A stretch of DNA of 64,000 bases from Patescibacteria group bacterium (GTDB lineage: Bacteria > Patescibacteriota > Patescibacteriia > JAHIZJ01): the NCBI GenBank assembly GCA_028714495.1, contig JAQTMH010000001.1:73721-137720 (forward strand). Reading direction: 5' to 3'. The notes under the pieces were generated by a model. It was not told the origin of the DNA, did not search any database, and was given only the letters and a program-made list of their open reading frames with translations. Positions 44,829-55,219 of the stretch are shown here, piece after piece (position 1 is the first letter of the stretch; each line of letters opens with the position of its first letter). The translations under genes and the position numbers were made by a program.

Positions 44829-45929
44829 ATGGATCACAAAGAAAAATTGCTCGAGATATATCATAAATCGGTTGATGTATCAGATATAATAAATATATCT
44901 GATGAGGATAAAGTTTTCCTACAAAATGTAGCTTCCAATGTTGATAGAAATAAGGGTGTCTATACTGTGTTGGTTACTCTCCTAGTTCATAAGTTATTAG
45001 TGCCAAAGCAAGACATTAGATATTTCCAAAATAAAATGAAGAAGGGATTCTCTGCCCGAACGCTTGATACAAAGTTTATTACCCCTACTCTCAAAGAACT
45101 AAAATTGCCTTCAATGGCAGAAAGTGGATGGTTAACCAGAAGCTTGGAGCAACCTTATCCTTATACATTAAAGTATGAAGGTGAAATATCAGGAAAAGAT
45201 ATGAAGAAATCATTCTTGAGAATAATTGATTCGATTCAAAAACATCCTGCTTTAACGGAAAATTATCTCAGATTTATACTCAATGGATCAATTGCTTTTA
45301 GGGATAAAAATACTATCGAAATAAAAAAAATATTTAATGGCGATGGGTTGACCATTGCAACAATTGTAAACTTATTAGAGGAACATTTTACAGAAAATTA
45401 TAAAACGCACGGAGGGTCAAAACTTCCCGTTTTAGCCTTTTATGCTATATATAAAATTTTAGTTTCAGAGTTAGGGAGATACAATGGCTGTGAGCTATTA
45501 CCGCTGGGTAGCCATACTGCTTCAGACAGAACGTCAAAAAGTTCGGGGGATATAGAAGTTACAAAAAATGGTAAAATTTTTGAATCAGTTGAGGTAAAAT
45601 TAGATAAACAAATTGATATTACAATGACAAGGATTGCATACGAAAAAATAGTAAGATTTAATCCTATTAGATATTACATTCTTTCGTATATTGGAATAAA
45701 AGAACAAGATAAAAATGTAATTGAGGATTTGATTAAAGAAATTAAAACAAAGCACGGGTGCCAACTAATTGTGAACGGATTGTTGCATACATTACGGTAT
45801 TATTTAAGATTGATTTCTGATCCAAAGTATTTTTTTAACAGCTATATTAAACTAGTTGAAAATGATACAGAAATTAGGCCCATACATAAAATGAAGTTAA
45901 AAGGGTTGATAAAAAAATATGATCTATGA
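44829..45929 (+). CDS. Candidate Type II restriction endonuclease paired with the C5-MTase
   Basis: PD-(D/E)XK-like SGDIEV...ESVEVKLDK. Located immediately downstream of the MTase. Confidence 0.55.
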   Translation: MDHKEKLLEIYHKSVDVSDIINISDEDKVFLQNVASNVDRNKGVYTVLVTLLVHKLLVPKQDIRYFQNKMKKGFSARTLDTKFITPTLKELKLPSMAESGWLTRSLEQPYPYTLKYEGEISGKDMKKSFLRIIDSIQKHPALTENYLRFILNGSIAFRDKNTIEIKKIFNGDGLTIATIVNLLEEHFTENYKTHGGSKLPVLAFYAIYKILVSELGRYNGCELLPLGSHTASDRTSKSSGDIEVTKNGKIFESVEVKLDKQIDITMTRIAYEKIVRFNPIRYYILSYIGIKEQDKNVIEDLIKEIKTKHGCQLIVNGLLHTLRYYLRLISDPKYFFNSYIKLVENDTEIRPIHKMKLKGLIKKYDL

Positions 45930-47536
45930 AAGCAGTAATCCTAGCTAGAGTATCAACAGAAGAGCAGAAAGACGCAGGGAACTCACTCCCCGCCCAAATT
46001 GATAGATTAAAAAATTACTGCAAGCGCCAGAGTTTTGAAATTATCGAGACATTTAGTTTTGATGAGAGTGCCTACAAGACCAAACGCGATGAGTTTGATA
46101 AGGTGCTTGATTTTTTGAAAACGCATAAAGAGAAAGTCGCCATTTGTTTTGATAAGGTTGATCGGCTATCGCGCAACGTCTTTGATAAACGCGTTTCACT
46201 GCTTTATGATAAGGCAGTGGCCGATGAGATTGAATTGCATTTTGTTTCTGATGGCCAGGTTGTTGGGCCGTCAATGTCGGCAGTTGAGAAGTTTCATTTT
46301 GGCATCAGCCTAGGCCTTGCAAAGTATTATTCCGATGCTATCAGCGACAACGTAAATCGGGTTTTTGAGCAAAAACGCCGTCAAGGCCAGTGGCTTTCCC
46401 GTGCGCTTATTGGTTATGTTTATATTACGCTCAATGATGGTAAGAGGGATTTAGCGCCAGACCCTGAACGCGCGCATTTACTACGAAAACTCTTTGAACT
46501 ATACGGCACTGGGAATTACTCCCTGAACACTTTATGGCAGGAAATGAAAACGCTTGGCTTGCGAAGTATCAAGGGCAAGCCGATAGCACGTAGTAGCGTT
46601 GATCGTATTTTGCGCGATCCTTTTTACTATGGGATGGTTCGTTCAAAAAAGCACGGTTTATACCCGCATCGCTACGAGCCGCTTATTACCAAGGAGCTTT
46701 TTGATAAGTGCCAAGACGTAATGAGAGGGCGTGGCTATAAGCCGTCCAAACAGGCCTCCAGGCCGTATGTTTTGAAAGGCCTAGTTACTTGTAAAAATTG
46801 TGGCTGTTTATATACCCCCGAAATAAAGAAGGGCAAGTTCATCTATTACAGTTGCACCAACGCCAAGCATAACTGCAAAAGGGTATATGTCAGCGAGAAA
46901 GACCTGTTACAGCCCGTGTACGGGGTTTTCAAGGCCTTCGGTGGCATCTCTAAGGGGGTACAGGAACGGCTAGTATCCGAGCTAAGGTCTTTAAGCGAAG
47001 GCGAGACCGTCTTTCACCAAAAAGAGATTGAAAGGGTCCGGGCTGAATATGACCGAATACAGAAACGAATTGACGCTCTTTTAGATATGCGCCTAGACCA
47101 GAGTATTACGCACGATGACTATGACAAAAAATTGCAGGAGTTAAAAGACAGGCAACACCAGCTTGGCATTGAGTTGGAAGAATACACGAAAGCCGATCAT
47201 CAGTACCATATCCACGTTTCTACGGTACTAGACCTATCGCGCAGAATGGGTCAGATTTTTGATAGTTCTGAACCAGAGGAAAAACGCTCGATTTTGAACT
47301 TTATACTTCAGAACCCGACTGCGATAGGGAAGAAACTCAGCTTTACGCTTAAAAAGCCTTTTGATTCAGTACTTTCTTTAGCTTATGCCCAAACGGAAAA
47401 CAGGGCATTTAGCCCTGCTTGTCCTGTATGGGGTGGCCAGTGGGACTTGCACCCACAATCCCGGATCAAGGTCCGGGACCGGTGCCATACCCGCCCGCCT
47501 CGCGACGAGCGGCTTCATAAGCGGAGTCTGGGGTGA
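45926..47536 (+). CDS. Large serine recombinase (integrase)
   Basis: N-terminal resolvase domain AVILARVSTEEQ..., recombinase domain and Zn-ribbon CKNCGCLY...C. 536 aa. The 3' end overlaps tRNA-His. Confidence 0.9.
   Translation: MKAVILARVSTEEQKDAGNSLPAQIDRLKNYCKRQSFEIIETFSFDESAYKTKRDEFDKVLDFLKTHKEKVAICFDKVDRLSRNVFDKRVSLLYDKAVADEIELHFVSDGQVVGPSMSAVEKFHFGISLGLAKYYSDAISDNVNRVFEQKRRQGQWLSRALIGYVYITLNDGKRDLAPDPERAHLLRKLFELYGTGNYSLNTLWQEMKTLGLRSIKGKPIARSSVDRILRDPFYYGMVRSKKHGLYPHRYEPLITKELFDKCQDVMRGRGYKPSKQASRPYVLKGLVTCKNCGCLYTPEIKKGKFIYYSCTNAKHNCKRVYVSEKDLLQPVYGVFKAFGGISKGVQERLVSELRSLSEGETVFHQKEIERVRAEYDRIQKRIDALLDMRLDQSITHDDYDKKLQELKDRQHQLGIELEEYTKADHQYHIHVSTVLDLSRRMGQIFDSSEPEEKRSILNFILQNPTAIGKKLSFTLKKPFDSVLSLAYAQTENRAFSPACPVWGGQWDLHPQSRIKVRDRCHTRPPRDERLHKRSLG
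47440..47498. repeat. Partial duplicate of the tRNA-His T-arm region plus one arm of an inverted repeat (pair at 47745..47790)
   Basis: tgggacttgcacccacaatcccgg compared with tggggcttgcacccacaaccaccgg in the tRNA. cccggatcaaggtccggg/ggggtggcca recur inverted at 47745-47780. Confidence 0.6.
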
Positions 47537-47605
47537 CTAGTGGGGCTTGCACCCACAACCACCGGTGCCACAGACCGGTGCTCTACTAATTGAGCTATAG
47601 TCACC
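47529..47605 (-). tRNA. tRNA-His (anticodon GTG) with G-1 and encoded CCA
   Basis: Minus strand G-GTGACTA TA GCTC AATTAGTA GAGC A CCGGT CTGTGGC ACCGG TGGTT GTGGG TGCAAGC CCCAC TAGTCAC C CCA. Confidence 0.8.
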
Positions 47606-47744
47606 CCAGACTCAACTTAATATTAATTTAACATTTTCAATATTAATGTGAACTTCTTATATCCTTGCTCGGCGTCGGGGCAAGCAGACCGATACTCCCT
47701 GCCCCGCATAGCGAGTTTGTGTGGGGTACTCCCTGCCCCGAACC

Positions 47745-47790
47745 CGAGCTTGTCCCGGACCTTGATCCGGGATGGTTCGGGGTGGCCACC
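47745..47790. repeat. Inverted-repeat partner of 47440..47490, flanking tRNA-His
   Basis: cccggaccttgatccgggatggttcggggtggcc. Also a direct duplication of actccctgccccg at 47693 and 47729. Confidence 0.55.
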
Positions 47791-47951
47791 CCTGAGCCAA
47801 CTTCCCATACTAATTTCAAAAATATCGTATCAAAAATTGCCTGTTTTGGCAAGATTAACTGATAACTAATAAAAAAATCGCCTGCTCTCTGAATGCAGAG
47901 CAGGCGTGCCAAGCGATTCACATCACTTGGCTTGGCTCGGGCGCCGGATCA

Positions 47952-48437
47952 TCAGCAGTTCATCTGGGCGCCGTATCGCGTCTCGTCGCCGGCGTTCTTC
48001 GTCATCGAAATGCTGGTCGGCAAGATGACGACGAGCACCGCTTCCAGCCGTAGGTTCTTCTCGTTCGCCATGTAGATCGCCGCGTCGTTGCAGCTCGCCG
48101 CGTCGATGCGGCTCGCCACTGCGTAGGTCGTCGACTCGTTGAGGTTGGAGGTGCTGGCGACGTCGTTGCTGAAGATGACATCGTGCCACACCTCTTCGAT
48201 TGCCAGCGCCGGCGGGATCGTCGAATTGGTCGTCCAATCGTAGGAAGAGCTGGCGACGCCGTTGTCGAAGACGACATCGTACTGCCCCTCCTCGACCATC
48301 GGCGACGGGATCGTGATCGCGATGTTGGCGTTGTCGGACGCGGACTGCGTCGGCAGGGCCTGGGCCGGGGAGACCGGAATCAGCAGAATGACGGCGAGAA
48401 CCAGAAAGAGCAGATGGAACGGAATCCGTCTAAGCAC
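47952..48437 (-). CDS. Secreted protein with an internal duplication, GC-rich
   Basis: Signal peptide MLRRIPFHLLFLVLAVILLIPVSPAQA. Repeats YDVVFDNGVASSS and HDVIFSNDVASTS. Confidence 0.5.
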   Translation of the reverse strand: MLRRIPFHLLFLVLAVILLIPVSPAQALPTQSASDNANIAITIPSPMVEEGQYDVVFDNGVASSSYDWTTNSTIPPALAIEEVWHDVIFSNDVASTSNLNESTTYAVASRIDAASCNDAAIYMANEKNLRLEAVLVVILPTSISMTKNAGDETRYGAQMNC

Positions 48438-48703
48438 ATCGACCTCCTTGTGTTACGGGTTTTGGGTCTTGGGTCTGATGTCTTTACTAAGACGTTACAG
48501 CTGATAATATTATTAACATATAATTTTATAATTGTCAATGATTTGTATGTGGATAAATAGTTAGTTTCAATTATTTAAATAAAATCTCATTATTTATTAG
48601 ATTTGGCAGATTTTTTAAATTTTACGTCTACTTTCTTGACAAGAATTATGACTTGCTTTACGCTGTGTATGAAATATCATACTTTTCATATTTATCTAAA
48701 TAT

Positions 48704-48946
48704 ATGAATTTTCACGGCATTACTTATGGTCTAACCAAGGTTGGCAGCCGGGGACAAATCGTCATCCCGGCCAAGGCGAGAGCTGATTTAAAACTCAAAG
48801 AGGGTGATCAGCTGTTTGTTTTCGGCCGCCACCGGTTTATCGGCTTGGTCAAAAGCGAGGATATCCGAGATTTTGTCGATCATCTCACCAGTCAGATGAG
48901 CCAAGACAAGGAAGAATTGAAAAAATGGAAAAAATCATTGAAGTAA
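48704..48946 (+). CDS. AbrB/MazE/SpoVT-type DNA-binding protein (the ORF begins at 48653; start chosen at the internal Met)
   Basis: VGSRGQIVIPAKARADLKLKEGDQLFV (swapped-hairpin AbrB-like). Confidence 0.65.
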   Translation: MNFHGITYGLTKVGSRGQIVIPAKARADLKLKEGDQLFVFGRHRFIGLVKSEDIRDFVDHLTSQMSQDKEELKKWKKSLK

Positions 48947-49734
48947 ACAATCTGGTCAAAGAGTTCAACGGCTTTCGGGCCGTGGACAATATTTCCTTTA
49001 GCGTGGCTAAAGGCGAGGTTTTTGGTTTCCTGGGACCGAATGGCGCGGGTAAATCAACCACCATCCGCATGCTGACCACCCTGATCCGGCCGACTTCCGG
49101 CCAAGCCAAGGTAGCTGGTTATGACATTGCCACGCAGGCGGCCAAAGTACGCGAGCAGATCGGTCTGGTCGCGGAAAAAATCATCCTTTACGACCGGCTC
49201 ACCGCCCTGGAAAACCTGATGTTTTTCGGCAGTCTCTACCACCTACCGAGAAAGGAAACCAAGGAACGGGCAATAAACTGGCTAAAAACCCTGGAAATGG
49301 AAAAATGGGCGAATAAATTAACCGGCACTTTTTCTACTGGCATGAAGCAGCGGGTAAACATCGCCCGGGCACTCTTAACCAAGCCCGAGGTAATGTTTCT
49401 GGACGAACCAACACTCGGCCTGGATCCTCAAACTTCCCGCTCCATTCGAGACTTTATTAAAGAACTCCATGCCCAAGGCGTGTCAGTTATTTTAACCACC
49501 CATATTATGCCGGAAGCGGACGAGCTTTCGGATACTATTGCCATCATTGATCGGGGTAAAATCATCGCGCTCGATACTCCGACCAACCTCAAAGCCCGCA
49601 TCCAGAAAGAAAAACCGACGCTCGAAGACGTCTTTCTCGAACTGACTGGTCACGATATGCGCGAAGAAACCCACGAGAACATTCCTTCAGCCCGGGGACG
49701 CCATTTCCTGGGTTCGAAATCAAGAATCAGATAA
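48925..49734 (+). CDS. ABC transporter ATP-binding protein
   Basis: GPNGAGKST (Walker A), LSGGQ-like TGMKQR, LDEPT (Walker B). Confidence 0.9.
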   Translation: MEKIIEVNNLVKEFNGFRAVDNISFSVAKGEVFGFLGPNGAGKSTTIRMLTTLIRPTSGQAKVAGYDIATQAAKVREQIGLVAEKIILYDRLTALENLMFFGSLYHLPRKETKERAINWLKTLEMEKWANKLTGTFSTGMKQRVNIARALLTKPEVMFLDEPTLGLDPQTSRSIRDFIKELHAQGVSVILTTHIMPEADELSDTIAIIDRGKIIALDTPTNLKARIQKEKPTLEDVFLELTGHDMREETHENIPSARGRHFLGSKSRIR

Positions 49735-49736
49735 TT

Positions 49737-50957
49737 TTGCCTATTATGAAAATAATTTTTCAAATCATCAGTGATAGCATCCGAATGGCCCGCAAAGATC
49801 TGCTCGATTTTTCCCGCGACCGGATGCAGCTCGTCTTCTTCATAATCATGCCGATTTTTATGATGATTATGACCGGTTTTATCTTTCCCACGGAGAATTC
49901 TCTGAAAAATATTCCACTGGGCATTGCTAATCAAGATACTGGCCAGCTGAGTCAAACTTTGACTCAGGTTCTAACCGATCTAAAAACCTCGGATAATAAT
50001 CAGGTGTTTGAAATAAAAACCTACGCTGATTCGAACGCCATCAAAGACGCAATCAAAGCGCAAAAAATAAATGGCGGCCTGTATATTGCTTCAGACTTTT
50101 CCCAGATGATCCAGCGGGGTCAGCCAGCCGAAGTCAGCATTATTCCAGACCAGTCAAATCCTCAAATCTCGCAGATTCTAACCCAGCTGCTCCAGCAAGT
50201 AATCGCCGGGACTTCCACAAATGTCGCTCAGGCCAAAGTGGGTGAGATAATTAAGCTGACAGCCATTGCCAACCCACAATTATCTCAAGCCGATCCCGCG
50301 GCCATCATCCAGCCAATCCAGTCAACAATCGATAATCTCATTCCAGGCAAACCAAACTATTTTCAATTTGTCGCGCCCGGTATCATGGCGCTCATTGTCA
50401 TGATGTCGGTCATGACCGGGCTGGCCGTGTCCGTGACCCGCGAACGCGAAGCTGGCACGCTCGACGGTTTGCTGATTGCCCCAGTCTCGAGGCTAGCAAT
50501 TATTCTTGGCAAGGCATTTTCCCAGACGGTTCGCGGCCTAGTCCAGGGCATGGTCGTCTTGCTTCTGGCTATTCTGATTTTTGGCGTGCATGTTTATGGC
50601 AACTGGCTAATCATGATCGTGTTGATGATCCTCGGCGTGTTCGCTTTTATGGGCATTGGCATCCTTGTCTCAGCCGTCGCCTCAGCCCAAGAATCAGCCA
50701 TGACCATTATGATGACTTTTCAATTCCCAATGATGTTTTTATCCGGCACATTTTTTCCGATTCAGCAAATGCCCCAGGTAATGCAATATATTTCAAAAGC
50801 CATTCCCCTAACCTATGAGGCAAGCGCTCTCCGTAAAGTAATCGTCCTGGGCGCGGGCTTTAACGCGGTTTGGACTGAAACATTAATTCTGTTTGTTTTC
50901 GGAGCGATTATGCTGGCTATTGCCGTGCCGACTTTTCGCCGGGTGATCACCCGGTAA
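49737..50957 (+). CDS. ABC-2 type transporter permease
   Basis: 406 aa with N-terminal TM, large extracytoplasmic loop and 5 C-terminal TM helices. Confidence 0.85.
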   Translation: MPIMKIIFQIISDSIRMARKDLLDFSRDRMQLVFFIIMPIFMMIMTGFIFPTENSLKNIPLGIANQDTGQLSQTLTQVLTDLKTSDNNQVFEIKTYADSNAIKDAIKAQKINGGLYIASDFSQMIQRGQPAEVSIIPDQSNPQISQILTQLLQQVIAGTSTNVAQAKVGEIIKLTAIANPQLSQADPAAIIQPIQSTIDNLIPGKPNYFQFVAPGIMALIVMMSVMTGLAVSVTREREAGTLDGLLIAPVSRLAIILGKAFSQTVRGLVQGMVVLLLAILIFGVHVYGNWLIMIVLMILGVFAFMGIGILVSAVASAQESAMTIMMTFQFPMMFLSGTFFPIQQMPQVMQYISKAIPLTYEASALRKVIVLGAGFNAVWTETLILFVFGAIMLAIAVPTFRRVITR

Positions 50958-51209
50958 GGAGCGACCGCCAAAAACTTTCAGCAATACAATATTTCTCTAA
51001 GATACCCCAAGCCAGGGTATTTTTTATAAAAGAATTCACGCTATATTCATACGCGGGTGCTAGAGTGGTTGTGTGAAAATACACAGGTTCATGAAACAAA
51101 TGAATTGGGCCTTTTGCTAGCGATACCACGCGCTGATATGAAAAACATGCCAGTTTCGCCAGTCGCGGGCGAGCCTCGCTCAACTATTTAAACTATTTGA
51201 ATAACCATC

Positions 51210-52658
51210 ATGAAAAAAAGAAGAATTATCATTTTAATCGTAATTATTCTGCTAATCGGCGCCGGATCTTACTACTATTTCCGGCTCCATAAAAAAACAG
51301 CCGCTGTGACTTACCAAACTGGCGAGGTAACAAAAGGCACGCTCGTGTCAACCGTGACCGGCAGCGGAAATATCACTGTTTCTGCGAGCGCCGATGTCAG
51401 CCCGAATATTTCCGGTACAGTGGCGGATCTGAAAGCCAACGTCGGTGACCAGGTAAAAGCCGGCCAAACGCTATTTGCCATAACCAACGCTGATCTGGAT
51501 GTTTCAGTCAGCAAAGCCTATACCGCGCTGCTCCAGGCGAAACAAAAATTGACCCAGGCCCAATCCGATCTGACCACTGCCAACCAGAATTATTCGGATT
51601 TGAAGGAAAACGCGGCGGCCCAGGCTCAACTTGCCTATGACCAAGCCCAACAAAATCTCGCTCAGGCAAAATACCAGCTCGAACTGGACCAGGATACCCT
51701 GGATAAATATGCAGACGAAAACGAAAAAACAGCTGGGACCCATACGGCTGTTGAAATAAATCTGATCAAGCAAAAAATAGTTGTTGATAAAACGACAATC
51801 ACCTCAAAAGAAAGTGACGTTGTTTCCGCGAAAACGGACCTGGCTGAAGCAAAAGCTGGAACCAGCCCGGAAATCACGACTGCTAAATCACAAGTTGAAT
51901 CCACCCAGATCAGCGTACAAGCGACTGAAAACGATGTGAAATCAGCTGAATTAGACTATGAGAATCAAAAAGAAACGGCCAATGAGCGTACGGTCAGCGC
52001 GCCGATTGACGGCACAGTGACCGCTGTGAATGTGGCCAATGGCGATGAATTGGGCAACAGCGGATCGAGTTCGGCTTCAAGCTCAAGCAGCGGGAGCGCG
52101 GCCATTGTTATCCAGGACTTGAACAGCTTAAAGGCGATCGTGTCCATAAACGAAGTGGACATCGCATCAATCAAAGTCGACCAAAAGGCCAGCATGACCT
52201 TCGACGCGGTCAGCGATCTGACTCTGACCGGAAAAGTGGAAAAAGTGGACACCGTCGGGACATCGGAGCAGGGCGTGGTAACCTATTCCGCGACGATCGG
52301 TTTTGACGCGCTGGACAGTAAAATAAAACCGGAAATGAGCGTCAACGCCACGATTACCACGGACGTGAAACAAGACGCTCTGATTGTTTCTTCCAGCGCC
52401 GTAAAAACCCAGGGCGAGGCATATTATGTCGAGATTCTAGAAAATGGGGCTCCGGTTCAGCGAACCGTGGAAATCGGCGTATCAAACGACACCCAAACGG
52501 AAATCATCTCGGGTCTATCAGAAGGTGATTCGGTCGTGACTCAAACCATTACCGCTGATCAAACATCAACCGCCTCCAGTACCAATTCCTCAAATAACAG
52601 CCGGAGCGAACAGGGTTTTGGCGAGGGTCTCGTCGGAGGCCCGGGAGGAATGTTCTAA
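51210..52658 (+). CDS. HlyD/MacA-family periplasmic adaptor (membrane fusion protein)
   Basis: N-terminal TM, biotinyl/lipoyl-like halves flanking a long coiled-coil, beta-barrel C-terminus, and a Ser-rich linker. Confidence 0.8.
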   Translation: MKKRRIIILIVIILLIGAGSYYYFRLHKKTAAVTYQTGEVTKGTLVSTVTGSGNITVSASADVSPNISGTVADLKANVGDQVKAGQTLFAITNADLDVSVSKAYTALLQAKQKLTQAQSDLTTANQNYSDLKENAAAQAQLAYDQAQQNLAQAKYQLELDQDTLDKYADENEKTAGTHTAVEINLIKQKIVVDKTTITSKESDVVSAKTDLAEAKAGTSPEITTAKSQVESTQISVQATENDVKSAELDYENQKETANERTVSAPIDGTVTAVNVANGDELGNSGSSSASSSSSGSAAIVIQDLNSLKAIVSINEVDIASIKVDQKASMTFDAVSDLTLTGKVEKVDTVGTSEQGVVTYSATIGFDALDSKIKPEMSVNATITTDVKQDALIVSSSAVKTQGEAYYVEILENGAPVQRTVEIGVSNDTQTEIISGLSEGDSVVTQTITADQTSTASSTNSSNNSRSEQGFGEGLVGGPGGMF

Positions 52659-52684
52659 CCGTTTAATCGAAAAGACTAGCGACT

Positions 52685-53410
52685 ATGAAACCAATTATTG
52701 CCTGCGCAAACATTGTCAAAACATTCGTCAACGGCGATGTAAAAACAACCGTCTTGAAAGGTCTTAGTTTTACTGTGTTTCCAGGCGAATTTCTGGCCAT
52801 CACCGGACCGTCTGGCTCAGGCAAATCAACTCTCATGCATATCTTGGGCGTGCTTGATTCGCCGACCAGCGGCCAGTATCAATTAGAACAGAATGATGTG
52901 TCAAAAATGACCGACAATCAACTGGCTGAAATCCGGAGCAAGCGCATCGGCTTTGTGTTTCAAGCCTTCAATCTGCTACCGAGGATTTCGGTCCTGCGCA
53001 ATGTGGAACTGCCTTTGATGTATGCTGGCGTGCCGCGGGCTAAACGACCGTCGATTACCCATCGAGCGCTGCAGAAAGCCGGGATCGACGACCCGACTCA
53101 TTATCACAAACGCTCGAACCAGCTTTCCGGCGGACAAATCCAGCGGGTGGCGATTGCCCGAGCCCTGGTTAATGATCCGGCCATTCTCTTGGCTGATGAG
53201 CCGACCGGCAATCTCGATCAAAAAACCGGCCAAGTTGTTCTGGAAACATTCCAAAAGCTGAATGATAGCGGTCGGACCATAATCTTAATTACCCACGATC
53301 AATATGTCGCCGAACACGCCACTCGGATAATTAAATTGAGAGATGGCTGCATTATCGAGGATTCAGCCAATAAACGCTCGGCTGAAGAAAGGATTAAAAC
53401 ACGACTATGA
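52685..53410 (+). CDS. MacB/LolD-type ABC ATP-binding protein
   Basis: [36 protein letters not shown]. Confidence 0.9.
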   Translation: MKPIIACANIVKTFVNGDVKTTVLKGLSFTVFPGEFLAITGPSGSGKSTLMHILGVLDSPTSGQYQLEQNDVSKMTDNQLAEIRSKRIGFVFQAFNLLPRISVLRNVELPLMYAGVPRAKRPSITHRALQKAGIDDPTHYHKRSNQLSGGQIQRVAIARALVNDPAILLADEPTGNLDQKTGQVVLETFQKLNDSGRTIILITHDQYVAEHATRIIKLRDGCIIEDSANKRSAEERIKTRL

Positions 53411-54627
53411 TACTCGCAGATTTATTTTCCGAAACATATTCTAATTTATTCGGCAACAAGGTCCGCTCCGGTCTGACGATGCTCGGCATTGTTATCGGCA
53501 TCAGTTCGGTTATTGCCTTAGTTGGCGTCGGACAAGGTGCGACTCAACAAGTAACTTCCAGTATTACTTCCTTAGGCTCCAATTTGATAATGATTTCGCC
53601 CGGCGCCTCCCGCAATGCCGGACCAGTCAGCGGCGGCGCCGGCAGCGCGACCACGCTCACAATGGATGACGCTGAGGCGCTAAAAGAGCAGATGACCTAT
53701 GCCAAGGCGATTTCCACGGAATTAAGCCGGCGCTATCAAGTTACCTACAAAGGCAGCAATACCAACGCCCAGGTCATTGGTACCGAAACGACCTATCCGA
53801 CAATCCGGAATGTCTCGCTCGCTTCAGGTTCATTTATCACCGACCAACAAATCCAGACCTACGCCAAGGTGGCGGTGATCGGGCCGAGTATCCGGGATGA
53901 ACTTATTGGCGAGAACGCAGATCCGATCGGCCTGACGATTAAAATCAATAAAATTCAGTTTAAGGTTATCGGGGTTACCGCAACGAAGGGCGGCTCAGAA
54001 ATTAATACTTCCGATAACTCAATCTATGTCCCAATCAGTACGGCCCAGCGATTTTTAGCCGGCAAGAGCTCAATCAGTAGCATTGATATACAGGCGATTG
54101 ATGAAAAGAGTGTCGACGCCGCCCAGCAAGAAGCGACTAATATTCTATTGGAGCGTCATGATATCTCTGATGCCGCCTCAGCTGATTTCCGTGTTCAAAA
54201 TCAGGCTGACATCGTCTCAAGCTTAACCAGCACAACCAGCACCCTAACGCTTTTATTGGGCGCCATTGCCGGCATTTCATTGATAGTGGGCGGAATCGGT
54301 ATCATGAACATGATGCTGACCACGGTCACTGAACGAACCAAGGAAATTGGCTTGCGCAAGGCGATCGGCGCCAAGAGTCGCGACATCAGTCTACAATTTC
54401 TGACTGAAGCGACGATGATTACATTTATTGGCGGTCTTTTTGGTGTCTTACTCGGTTGGGCAATTGCCACGATTATGACAAAAACCGGCTTGATGACAGC
54501 CATGGTCACCTGGCCTTCGGTCTTGCTGGCCTTTGGCGTGGCCGCCTCAGTCGGAATTGTCTTCGGTTTTTACCCGGCCCAACGCGCGGCTAAGCTTCGG
54601 CCGATCGATGCCTTAAAATATGAATAA
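53407..54627 (+). CDS. MacB-type permease (FtsX domain)
   Basis: N-terminal TM, periplasmic domain and a C-terminal 3-TM FtsX-like region. Confidence 0.85.
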   Translation: MILADLFSETYSNLFGNKVRSGLTMLGIVIGISSVIALVGVGQGATQQVTSSITSLGSNLIMISPGASRNAGPVSGGAGSATTLTMDDAEALKEQMTYAKAISTELSRRYQVTYKGSNTNAQVIGTETTYPTIRNVSLASGSFITDQQIQTYAKVAVIGPSIRDELIGENADPIGLTIKINKIQFKVIGVTATKGGSEINTSDNSIYVPISTAQRFLAGKSSISSIDIQAIDEKSVDAAQQEATNILLERHDISDAASADFRVQNQADIVSSLTSTTSTLTLLLGAIAGISLIVGGIGIMNMMLTTVTERTKEIGLRKAIGAKSRDISLQFLTEATMITFIGGLFGVLLGWAIATIMTKTGLMTAMVTWPSVLLAFGVAASVGIVFGFYPAQRAAKLRPIDALKYE

Positions 54628-54645
54628 GATAATTAATAATCTTCT

Positions 54646-55149
54646 ATGAAAAAAAACTACCTTATCACAATCATTGCCGTCATCGTGTTTGGCGCGGGCG
54701 GTTTCTTCGGCGGCCTGACTTATCAGAAAAGCCAGGACTCGCTGGCCGGACTCACTGGCCAAGACTTAACTAATAAAATGCAAAGTCTCGGCCTATCGAG
54801 TGGCGGATTTGGCGCCGGGCGGAATGTCAATGGAAGCATTTCTACTCCTAACGATCGAAATTCCCCCGACGGAACCAGTGGCCGGCAATTCGGCGGAGGC
54901 GGCATGATAAACGGTGAGATCGTCAGCCTGGACAGCCAAAGTATCACCGTAAAACAACAAGACGGCAGCACAAAAACCGTGTATTTCTCCACCTCGACTG
55001 AAATCAATAAAACTGCCACTGGCTCGACCAGCGACTTAGCGGTCGGCACTACGGTTATGGCTAATGGCACCAGCAACACTGATGGCAGTATTACAGCTCA
55101 AAATATCCAATTGAATCCGGCTGAGATTGGCAGTTCGCCGACACTCTAA
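54646..55149 (+). CDS. Secreted Gly/Ser-rich hypothetical protein
   Basis: Signal/TM followed by a low-complexity G/S/T-rich stretch. Confidence 0.55.
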   Translation: MKKNYLITIIAVIVFGAGGFFGGLTYQKSQDSLAGLTGQDLTNKMQSLGLSSGGFGAGRNVNGSISTPNDRNSPDGTSGRQFGGGGMINGEIVSLDSQSITVKQQDGSTKTVYFSTSTEINKTATGSTSDLAVGTTVMANGTSNTDGSITAQNIQLNPAEIGSSPTL

Positions 55150-55219
55150 TTGACTCCGTTAACCTCTGCCTTAACAGATGATTTGCCATCTCAGCTGTTA
55201 ATCGCTAAGATATGAGCAT

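Noticed and set aside
47643-47921. ORFs 47648..47869 (+), 47665..47862 (+), 47643..47921 (-) next to tRNA-His
   Set aside because: They overlap each other across the inverted and direct repeat region, with no RBS or homology. The sequence looks like att-site debris.
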